Below, piece by piece: positions 47,208 to 58,632 of a stretch of DNA of 64,000 nucleotides. A model generated the notes under the pieces. It ran no database searches. It was given only the letters and a program-made list of their open reading frames with translations, and was not told the DNA's origin. The translations under genes were made by a program, and so were the position numbers. The stretch is from Setoptus koraiensis. Its lineage: Eukaryota > Animalia > Arthropoda. The stretch spans positions 7,502,001-7,566,000 of the forward strand of contig CM106586.1 in assembly GCA_048013815.1 (NCBI GenBank). The letters run 5' to 3'. Every line of letters starts with the position of its first letter. Position 1 is the stretch's first letter.

Positions 47208-49659
47208 TTGGCCTATTTATTAATGCTGCGGATGTGAATATCCACAAGCGGATCATTCGCGCAAAGTGGATATTCGCGCAGAGCGGATCATTCACGTAAA
47301 GCGGATATCCACTTATGGCGCAAGCAGCGCTTGTGTGCAACAATAACAAACAGATGAATATAATAATATTGTTAAAAATAATAATATCAGATATTCATGG
47401 GATGCGGCGAGCGCATGATGGGCCAGCCCAGGGCGCGACCGCTGGCCGGCGGGCTCGCCATCAGCTGTTCGATTGTCGGGTTCAGTTTGGGGCAGCGCTG
47501 ACAGTGGACAGATGAAAAATGGATTATTCATGGATGGGGGCAGCTGACAAGTGCGGCCGACTTGAGCGCTCGTCGCGGGTCTCGCCGGGCGCGCCCCGGT
47601 GCCCGGCCGATCGCTGATCGAGATGGCGGGCTAATTGGCGACCGCGCTCGCCAGGCCGGCACGCAAATGATTTGTCGGCTGCGGCGGGCGGGCGGGCGGG
47701 CATCAAATCAGTTGCGACACTGGCAACTGTCACAACTGTCACCGGTGCGCACACGGGCGCCCCGGTCAGCTCACATGGGCGCACCGGTCAGCGCACAGGT
47801 GACCTGGCTGCAAACTGTGAATTTGCGGAGCCTCACAATTCGCAGCGCACAATTTCAAATTGTCGAACTGGGCCCCTCGATTCGGGCTCGCTGTCGGGCC
47901 GAGTGGCGCGGCCGGCTAGCCCGTGGGCCGGTCAGCGGTCGGCCGGTCAGCGGGCCGGGATTGTTGCCGGCAGGGCAATTTGGCATTTTGCAAAACGCAA
48001 TCATCATTAGCGTAGATGGAGCGATAGCCGCTCCGTTTCCCATGACCGCGCGAGACAAACAAACCGGGCGCCACGAAACGCAAACACGAATTTCGGGCAC
48101 GGCGCATCGTCGCAGCAGATCTTATCTAACAGTGTCTCGCACGGCCATACGACACCCGCGATTGCCGGCCATTGAGTATGCATACACCTCTGTATGCTGT
48201 ACCTCTGCATACCGCTGCGCGGTTGTCCGGCCCGAGAGGCGCGCGGCGCGGCGCGGCTCGGCGCAAACCGCATCGCAAAAACAAGCTGATTAGCTAGCAT
48301 GAATACTAATGCGCCAGCACTAACTAATGTCAGCCATTGTTATTGTCGTTACATAATATAAAAGTTGGCGTTTACATTAATGGCGCTGGCTGCGATTGTC
48401 ACTGTCGGCGGCGTTGCTGTCACAATGCAGCGGCGGCGGCGGTACCGTCTGCGTAATGCACAACGCCAAGCCCGCGGTCCGCAGCGGTCCGCAGCGGCAC
48501 TGCCGACGGTCTGCGGTACCCGCGCTGACAGCAAATATATACCCGGCAAGCGATGGCGTGCTCGCCAGTCGCAGATACGCGCCTTGTGAGAGTACGTGGC
48601 TATATGTATATTAGTGGGCCCCATTGTCATGTTAATTATTTGTTTGGCCCGTGCGCGCATGCAGCGCACAATCAACTGGCTAATTTATTTATGCAAATGC
48701 AGCCATCTATCTGGCGGCGGGCGACTGGCGGGCAAACTGGGCGAGCGCAAGTGAGCGAGTTTGAGGCCCCGCGAGTTGCGCAGCGCCGAGCAAAACTGGC
48801 GCTCACATAATCATATAATTGTGATACATTAATTAATGTTAGCGGCCACTTTAGGCCGCCCGCTCTGTGCCGTTGCGCATTCAATCGGCTCGAGCCCGTC
48901 GGCCCCAATCCAGTCAATCCAGTCGCTACATTTAGTCCGGCTATTAGTGCGCGGGTCGCCCTGAAGCCAATTGATGGGGCACTCGGTGCGCCAGTGCGCG
49001 TCTTGCGACGATGATGTTTTTATTATCTTTTTGTCATGCAAAACCAACACAAACAACGCCAAATTGAAAGCGCCGGTCAGTGTTATGGACGATTAACATG
49101 AGCCAAGAGCCGTTTGCGTCGGCCATTTTTATGGTCAGTTATACAATTGTTGTCGTGCGCGATTGTTGTCGTTGTTGTTGCGCGATTGTTGTCGTTGTTG
49201 TTGCGCGATTGTTGTCGTTGTTGCCGTTGCTGGCGCGGACTGATTGGGGCCCGCGTTTTTGCGCGCTAACTCTCTTTTTGGCCAGCACACTAACGCGCGC
49301 CCCATCATCAAATAAATTCAACGCAGTCAGCTAGTGGCCATTCAATGCTCACTGTAGCAAACACACCAGCAAACAATACCCAATTCACAGTCACAATGGC
49401 GGTAGCCCATTTGATTGGCGCCCCCGCCCCCTGCCGCTCGCCAGCCGCAATTGTCGGCGGCCCGGCGCATGGTGAGCCCGGGTCAGCTGATCGCGAGGGT
49501 CGGTCGGTGCATAATCGCGTTACTTAGCGTTGCGCGCACTTCGGTTTCTCGACTTGTCGCTAGGTCACCTCCGGCCAGCCCAACTGGACGCGCTCCAATC
49601 TAGGCCCGATCTGGGCACGGTCTCACCCAACTGGGCTGCACGAGCTAGGTGAGACCGCG

Positions 49660-49786
49660 CTGACCAGTGGCCACTCTCAGCTGACCAGTGGCCACTCTCG
49701 GCTGACCAGTGGCCACTCTCAGCTGACCAGTGGCCACTCTCAGCTGACCAGTGGCCACTCTCGGCTGACCAGTGGCCACTGGTCAG
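49660..49786. repeat. 21-bp repeat x5 (CTGACCAGTGGCCACTCTCRG) ending in the perfect 22-bp palindrome CTGACCAGTGGCCACTGGTCAG
   Basis: Read directly. Confidence 0.95.
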
Positions 49787-52700
49787 TGGACGGCGTGTCG
49801 CACTTGAGGAATGACGCCATTACGACGCAGTGTTCAGCAATGTTGTGCCCACGTTACGCAACTTCCAGTGTGTTACGCAATGGCGAGAGTGTTACGCAGT
49901 GCCGATAGTGCAACAAGGTTGTGCAACATTGTGCTTGCCGTGTCGCGCCCGACCTGCCGAACCGCTATCGAGCCGACGGCACGAAATGGTGCCCCGCTGC
50001 TCGAGCGACTCACCACGAGCTGGCTCGCGACTCGTGCTCGTGCAGCCAGCTTGACGGGGCACGTGGTGGCTGGCGGCGGCGCTAATCTCATAACGACATC
50101 GGCGACACATTAATGCGCTGGCCCGGTCGCCAGTGGCCAGCTCACACTGGCGGCCAGCGCGCGCACAGACCGGGCCAGGGGCGAAAATTCAAATTAGATG
50201 ATCAATCTAAGATATGACCGTTCGGCGCAGCCATGTGATTATGTCGCGCACAGCATAATCATATGGCTGTGGCGACAAACACGCGACACTCAAGGCACAC
50301 ATTATCTGGGGCTAACCTTGCGGGGCGCGTGCGGAAGCGAACGCGCCGAGCTCGCCAAAAGAACGCGCCAAACGAGCTCGCCAAGCAACGCACAAAACGA
50401 ACTCGATAAACGACGGGCCGAACGACGCGCCGAGCGAAATAGCTGGCTGGCGCACAATTGGCGCATGACAAACAATCGCTCTTTATCATATCACCTCAAG
50501 GCTTAAGCGTTTTGCGATAACAATAATTGTCCGTTGGGCGCCGTTACGCAACAAACGCACGCACCACAGTGCCCAAACATAACGGTAAATACACACACTG
50601 ACTGGCCAGTTGGGCACACGCAACTTGTTTGCGTCTGGCCCCACTGACAAGTCAAGTGGGCGAGCTTTGGCCGCTCTCGTGCCGGCGCTGCATGCTCTGA
50701 TTGTGTCAGAGGCGCGGGCGCCTCGCGAGCCGCCCTATGCCGCCCGTACCGCGCGAGGTGTGCGTGCCGCACGCGGTATTCGTGCATTCGTGGCGCCTCA
50801 ACGCGCTCGAAACAAGTTGGCCGCTCAAACGCGAATTCGTTTGGGCGGCTCTCGCTTGTTGGCCGGCTCTCGCTTGTTGGCCGGCTCTGGCTTGTTGGCC
50901 GGCGAGGGCGCGTCACGATAAACTTTGTCAGTGGCTACTTTTTGCGTGGCGAGCGCCGGGCGCCACGCGACGCGCCAACGAGAGCGCCCCCTCGCGCAGA
51001 GTGTCCGCGCTCGCCACCAACAAGTCGTTGATGAAGTGCGAATTCACGCAAATCGGCCAGCCGTGATGCGCTCAATCAGGCATGATTGATCATGGCGACT
51101 GGCCCTCGCGCCGGCCACAGGCGGCCTCGCCGGCCAGCAAGCGCGATCGGTCCGCTGACCGGCCGCCCACGGCCAGCCATCTATGCCCGAGCTGCGCCCG
51201 AAGCACGCCTGAGCCGCTCAGCGCCCGAGCGTGTCGCGAGGGGCGGCGACCGGTCGCTTGAGCGGGCCCGACGATCGACGCGGCGAGTACTGGCTCACTG
51301 CTTGTGAGGGGCTCGCTTCGCTGCGCTCTAGCGGCCGGAGTGCAAAATTCAAACGCGGAAGTTTTGTTTTGCGCTGCACTGATTTGCGCTGTCTTGTCAT
51401 GTTAGCCCGTGCTCTGGCCTCGCTTCTAATGGCTTCCGGCAGCAGGCGGCGCTCGCACAGCCGCTGTAATGGGCTGTTAGCGGCCACAAACGCGAGTTGC
51501 CCGACACAAATACCATAAAGAGCGACCATACCCGCTGTGCGCCAGTGCACGGGTTGCAACTGTGGGGGCCGCGCTGGCCACTTACCTGTGTCCGTTTGCG
51601 AATTGGCGCCCATAACAAGTGCGGCGACACACAATAAACTGCTCGCTCGGGCCCCATTCGCTTTGATTCGATTGGGCTGATTTGATTTGGAGCGCGCGCA
51701 GCGTTGCCGCTCGAAATGAGATTATGCCGGCAAAATGAGAGGCCCGGCGCGCTGTTTTGCTGGCAGCGAGGCGCCGATAATAGCTGACAAAAACAAATAT
51801 TATGCCCGCGACTCGAGTTGCGACTCGCAGCTTGCGAGTGGGCGCAAAGTTTTGTGTATTTTGTGCAGTTTTGTGCAGTTTTGTGCAAAGTGCGAAAAGT
51901 TTGCGACAAAACAAACGCAAACAAACGACCAGCAAAGGCCCGAAACGAGCGTGCATGAATATGGCGTCGGCAGCCAATTTATTACGCATCAACTGACAAG
52001 CCACTGACTGCTGTCGGCCAGTCACTCGGGCCCCGGTCGGCGGGCCGGTTCGGGCCCGGCGCCCAGCGCTGCAGCAACCGGGCCGAACAAACAAGCGAGC
52101 AGCGTCTAGATAAATGACACAGGAAGCGCGCAATTGTTGTTGTTTGGTGCGCCTGTCGGACGCGCGCCCCTCTGGCGTGACAAACAGCAAGCTCGTGGCT
52201 GCTCGCTCGCGCAGCCACAAGCTGTCAGAACTTCTGACTCAGAAGGGGGCCCGTCGCCGGGCCACTCGGGCCGGCGCCCGCTTTTTCATGTGTGTTTTCG
52301 CATGTGCGTTTTTGCTGCCGACTAATTGGAGGGGGCCCGCGCAGCTCACTGCTCGTCAGAGCCCCACCGACGACGGCCACACCGACAACGGCCCGCGGAC
52401 GACGGCCGCGGACGACGGATTGTCCGCTGCACGGATCAAAGTGGCCAGAGTGACGCGCTCGGGACGCCGTCCGTCAACTGCGCACCGACGGGATCTCGCA
52501 CGACGCGCGCCAGATTGCGGCTCATTTGTGAGAGTGGCGCCACCGACACGTCGCTCGACACGATGCCAGTCGGACAAAATAAACTCGCCACTCTGTTGTT
52601 ATGCACCAGCTCCGGCATGCGCCGCTTGCGAGCCCCAAAATGCCACCCGCAAGTGGCGACACCGAGACAAAAAGCGAGCACCTGTCGAACCCGCTCCCGG

Positions 52701-55689
52701 CTCCCGGTCGCGCAAGCCGCGATCGCAAGCCGGCCCGGCGAGTGGGCGACGCGCCAACCACAAATGCAAACGACAACAATAATAATAAATTTTCATTAAC
52801 CGTGTTGCGCTCAACGCGTTGCGCGAGGTCAACGACCAACGGCCAATTCAAAACAAATTGCTCGAATGATAATAATAATCTAATTGGACCGCAAACGAAC
52901 GGGCCTTTTTACTGTTTTCAATTCTCCGGCGCGCCGAGAATTGCAAGCGGGCGCGATCGTCGGCAGAGAATCGCCGGCAGACAGTAAAAATATTCCACGG
53001 TCGCTTGTTTTTTCGCCAATTCGCTTGTTGTTTTGCGACTCGGCTCGCCCTTGCGCCGACATGTTGCATTTTGTTCAGTTGAGTTTGAGCGCCATGTAAA
53101 CTGAACGGCGGCGGCGCTGACGCAAGACGACTCCCCGCGCGAGAGCAGACCCTCCGCTCGGGCAAGTCCGCTCGCCATTAGGCCGCCTGAGTCAGCTCGC
53201 CATTGGGCCGCTTGCGTCAGCTCGCTATTAGGCCGACGGGCAGCCCATTTATCATAACATTGCGCTGGCGGCGGCGCGGCCTCCATTGCGGGCCGTGAGT
53301 TGCAGCCGGCCAATTGCGATCCGCGGGAATGCGCCGTTTTGCAGCAGCACTCCGGGCCGATTGATACTCGATGCAATCGCGATAACGCAATTGCGAGCTC
53401 TCAAGAGCGAGAGTCTCTATTGCTGGGCAGAGAGCCAGAAGCAGTAGCGACTTTTATTGACTACAACTAATTAGATGTTTTTAATGATTATTTTCATTAA
53501 CTTGTGTCCAATTGCCAACCCATTAAGTAATGGCGAGCAGCAGCGAGCATCAATCATGGCAGCAGCGGCGGCGGTTTATTGCCGCCGCTGCGGCCACCAT
53601 CGCGACGGCATTGCGGGCTCGGCGCGGCGGCCGACCGCCGAGCCTCGCCTGGCCGGCCCGCGGCCATAAAAACCGCTACGCTGGCCGACAATTCTCGCAC
53701 CGGGTCTCACGCCGGTGTCGACATGCCCATTCCGGGACAATATGCACATGTGTCGGCGACAATTATCGGCTGGCTATTGCTACTTATTATTACTGTGTCA
53801 GCGGCCATGATTCAGCGCGGCCGGACCCCCGGCGAGCGGGCCAGTCGCAAACGGATTGGCGGCTCGCTGTGTCGCCACTGTTGCTGTGACCGGGCGCCGC
53901 CGCTCCGATCGGGCGCCGCTGCTGTGACCGGGCGCCGCTGCTGTGATCGGGCGCGGCCGGTCTGTCCGACCGGGCGAGTCCCGTTGTCGGCGGATTATCA
54001 GGCGATTGGAGCGGACAATTGTGAGGTCTCGCCGTGGGCAAATTCGACGCTGGCGAGACTCGCTTGCGGTCACTGATGCGCGGTGTCGGGCCGGCCGCAA
54101 TCGCCGCCAGCATGCATAAATATGATATCACATTCATACGAAATACAAATGTGAGTATGAGCGCAAATGCAAGCCGTAAATATAAGCATAAATACAAATA
54201 CAGCCAGAAATATAAGCGAAAATGCAAATACTAAACGCATCAGATGCGTTCTGTTGCGCCAAGACGCAAGATAAGTGACAAGTTTGCAGTGCTCACTTTG
54301 CAATTTTGTAAGGCAAGTTTGTGTGAGTTCGGCAGCGTCAGCCAATCAATATCTCGGCTGGCGATCGGCTCGTCAAACATTGGCAACATGGCAACGTTTG
54401 CAGCGCAACTTGACAGATGCCCAACAGATAATTGGCGCTGCAATTATCTGTCCATCAGGCCGAAATTCAAGTGCTCGCACCACATTGGGCTCCGCGTCAC
54501 GGGAATTATAAATAGATGGACGCAGAGATAAGGGCCGGCGATAAATTGATTCGCACAGAATTGATATTTGCCACTCGATCGGTGCACCATTCAATGCCGG
54601 CAATTCATACTGCCGTCGACGTTGTGACTATTCATTATGAAATGGCACTGGCGTCTCGTAGCGACATGCCGTTGCCTAGCGACCACTCCACCTGAAGCTG
54701 GCCGTGGGGCTGGCGCGAGGCGCCGCAAGAAAGAATTTATTGCTCGTTGTGCCCGCTGCCCAATTGAAGCGCTCCCTCTTTTGGCCGTTCCTCGACCATT
54801 CTTTGGCCGTTCTTTGCCCGTTCTTTGGTCACTCGTTGGCCGCTCGCTGGCCGCTCGTTGGCCGATCCTCGGCCGTTCCTTGGCGAGTCGGCACTTGTGC
54901 TCGGCCGCCCTCTGGCCGCTCGCTCGTCCCGTCGGTCGGCGCCCGTTGGAACCGCTGGCGGCCACTCGAACTGGCCGCCGAGCGCAAACTTGCACACTGG
55001 CCGAGCACAAACTCGCCAACTGGCCGCCGAGCACAATTGGCCCGCGACGCCAGCGCAGTCCATTCATCACACAAACAAACGGCAGCAACGGCGACCGTCC
55101 GCACAGCGAGGGCGCAACTGCCTCAAAATGCCGCTCGCCCGGCATTTTGAGCTCGCCCGGCTGTCGGGCCGCGTTTCGGCCATATTTTGCGGCTCTACAA
55201 GGGCCGGGCACAGCGTGAAGCGGCGGCGGACCGCCGCCCAATAGCGCGCTACCGACTGCACAAGGCACGAGGCACGAGGAAGCGTGCGAAGAACAGTCGA
55301 GGAATTCCTCGACTGGCCAGCGCCGGCTGTGAGAACTGGCTGGCGCAAATTCGCGTGCTTCGTGCGCGCTCGGCACCGGCCAGCGTTCGCCGGCGCGCCT
55401 TCAGCGTGTCGCGCGGCTCGCCCGCATCGACCGCCACCAGCGAGCCACCAGTTGAGCGGCCGGTCGGGCCGCCGATCGGGCCGCCAGTCGAGCGGCGACC
55501 AGTCGAGCTGCCGCGGCAAGCGGCGATCGGCGGCCAGTGAAGAGTTGAGAACCGTTATCCGGCCAAATTTGCCAAACTGGCCGCAGTTGCAGTGTGAGCT
55601 GGCCGCAAGGTGGTCCGGCGGCCACAACAATGCGACATTGTGCATCGGGCGCAATGTTTGCGTTGCTCAACGCACAAGCCCAACACCGA

Positions 55690-55790
55690 CACGGATATTT
55701 GGCATGGTGCGGCACGGATATTCGGCATGGTGCGGCACGGATATTTGGCATTGTGCGGCACGGATATTTGATATTGTTTCGGCACGGATA
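55690..55790. repeat. 23-bp minisatellite x~4.4 (CACGGATATTTGGCATGGTGCGG)
   Basis: Read directly. Confidence 0.9.
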
Positions 55791-57864
55791 TCGTATTGTG
55801 ATTACTGGCGGCGCTGACAAGTGTGCTGACCCTGAGGCCGTCGGTCATTAATCACGCTGGTTGTTGCCGTGAGCGCGTTGTCGGCCGGCAGCAATCACAA
55901 TGTTGTATTCGTGCCGAAACAATGCGCCCACGAATGACGCCGAAATTGGTCACTGCAAATAAACTGAGCACACTTGGCAGGCGCCAATTAACAATTTATT
56001 TATGCATATCCATATTTATCCGCGCTTGACATTGCGCGCCGGCGGCTCTAAGTGGCGCTGAGCGCAATTACCGGCACAGGTCACTTCATTACACCCGTTT
56101 GCAGCGGCGGGCGACAGGCGGGGGGCGGGCCCAGAGTGACAGGTGATGAGTTTATTATTTGCCTTTCGCTCCCACTCCGGTCTTTGGCCGCTGCGGGCCG
56201 GCGGTCGCATTGGCCGCCCTGTCCGCCCGCAGAAAAGGCTCGACCGGCCCATTATTCGTATAGTTGGGGGCCCGAGCGCGCAAATTACACATGCTCACGA
56301 GCTGGCGACCGCTCGACGGTGTTGAGCTGCGGGCCCCCAATTTTCTCTCGTGCCCAGCATCTCTGCCAGCGGATGCTCACACCTAGCAATAATGGGCACA
56401 ACAACAGCGCGCGACAAGTGCGCTATTACGGCCATCTGGTCGGCGCGTCCCAAACCGGACCGACCATTAATCTCGCTGCCCGCCGGGCGGGCGACTCTGG
56501 TCACCAGAGGCCGGACTGTGGTGATCGGAGGCCGGACTGCGGTGATCGAAGGCCGGACTGTGGCGACCAATTGTTGATTGTGCCGCTTGCTGTGCAAACA
56601 AACGAGGCGCAATTATTCACATGCGTGCTTAGCGATCGCGTTCGGTCGCTCGGGCGCGTCACGCGGCCCGCGCGGCAAGCACGAGATTGGCCGATATTAA
56701 CTCGGTAGGCAGCGGCGCTGCCAGCAGGGCAATTAAGCGGCCCCGATTATGGCACCGAGCGGCGGCTTTACGGGCGCTGCGTCGGTCGTCGTCGGTCGTC
56801 GTCGGTCGGTGGGCGCTCGCTTGGGCCAGCACGAGCAGCGCAAGGGGATTATGTAAGGGGCGCGATTGTCAAATGCTACGTTGCCGCGATTCGCAGTCCG
56901 TTGCTGATAAATCTCTCCTGTGTCCTGTGTGCGTTATTGTTGCGCACCCGACTTCGCCGACCGGCCAGATTTATCGGCTGCGCGCCCGGGCCGGCCCGCC
57001 GACAACTGCAGGCCGCCGACAACTGCGGGCCCGCTGACACTGTGCAACTGTGCACTTAAGTAGCCGCCCGGCGCACAATTGTGCGACAATAATGTCTCAA
57101 TAATGGCACATTGAGACATTATTGTGCGCCGCCAATGTCCAGTGCGCCGTGCGGCACAACTGACCATTAGCGGCCATTAGCGGCCATTGGCAGCGCCCGT
57201 TGCCACCGACAACCGACTTGGCAACGGCCAGATGGTGGCGCTGCTCCGGTGCGACGCTGCGCCACTAAAATTACAAGTTGTTGTTTGCCGACAACATATA
57301 TCACACAATCGCATCACTCGGCATAATAGCACAATAACAGCCACTTGTGACATTGGTCGCTCATTGCGAGCCGGTCGCTACAAGTCGCTCATTACGAGTC
57401 GTTGCGAGGCCGAGCCGCGAGCTGCGAGCGGGTCGAGCTGCGAGCGGGTCGAGTTGCGACGCGGGCCGGTCGTTGCGGGCCGATTGTTGCGGGTCCGTTG
57501 TTGCGGGAGCTGCCAGCTACGCCCTTGCGGCGCCATTTACATAATAAACGCCTGCGAGTCACAAGTTGCGACGTAACGTGATCACGGCAACATGATGCCG
57601 CCGTGATCACGTAATATCGCAATACTGCGATATTGCGATGCGATGCGCAGCGACCCGAGCGTGACACACTCGAGTTAGTTGGTCGGGCCGGTCGCCTGCG
57701 AGCTGGCCGTCGTGCATCGTGCGTCATGCCGATCATGCCGAGGGTCTCGGCGGACCGGTCAGCGGTATACCGTGTGGCGAATTGCCACACGGTATAGATA
57801 TTTGTATATTTGAGCGGGGCAGGCCAACCCAAATACACAAACATCCATGCCCCAAAATATCCTA

Positions 57865-57962
57865 CTAACATCACACTGAAATATCGACTAACATCACACT
57901 GAAATATCAACTAACATCACACTGAAATATCGACTAACATCACACTGAAATATCAACTAACA
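57865..57962. repeat. 23-bp minisatellite x4 (CTAACATCACACTGAAATATCRA)
   Basis: Read directly. Confidence 0.95.
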
Positions 57963-58568
57963 GACGCAGAAACGGCAGTGTGAATTGCGCAACATCGACC
58001 CAGCAAAACAGCAAATTAAGCCCAGAATTAATTAACTCGCTGGCGATCACGATCAATAATCGATTGTGCGCTTTGGGTCGCTCGCTGACGAGATGCTCAC
58101 CTGTGCGCCGGCTCTCTCACAAGCGTCGGCGAGCGAGGGCGCACAGACGAGCCTTTGCAGGCTGCAAATTGCAGGGGGCGAGCGAGCAAACGCTTTGCAA
58201 GCATTTGTTGCGCACTGGCGAGCGCAACAAATGTTTTTATTTACAAATTATTGCGCGCCACTTGCGGCCATCAATTAGTCGCCGTCGCGCAATCGGTTGG
58301 TCGGGCCGCCCCCGCGCCGCCATTGGCCGCGATTGACGGTGTCGTGCACTGGCGATGACCCCGCAACCGGCAGCCTGCCGAAGAAGCGGCAATTGCGAGC
58401 GGCAATTAGGTGGCGCTAGGTGAGCTGCGAGCGCGCAGTGAGTGGCGCCGCCAACAAGCGACAAGTGGTAGTGAACGAGTGACCATAATTGGCCAATAAT
58501 TAATTCATCGTTTCTCCGCTCCACTCCACTTAATTGGCGCTCGATGCGGCGATAACGCAAGTGGCCGC

Positions 58569-58632
58569 ATAATGCGACTCGCCGTATAATGCCAGTCGCC
58601 GTATAATGCGAGTCGCCGTATAATGCGACTCG
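58569..58632. repeat. 17-bp repeat x~4 (ATAATGCGACTCGCCGT)
   Basis: Read directly. Confidence 0.9.

Noticed and set aside
47313-47400. Hydrophobic YLILLFLTILLYSSVCYC segment as a Dpr signal peptide
   Set aside because: Runs into a stop with no donor and has no suitable ATG; it comes from an AT-rich patch.
9443-57962. 23-29-bp repeats (9443, 29023, 30680, 35538, 55690, 57865) as CRISPR arrays
   Set aside because: Units are head-to-tail with no unique spacers, no cas genes are present, and the context is eukaryotic.
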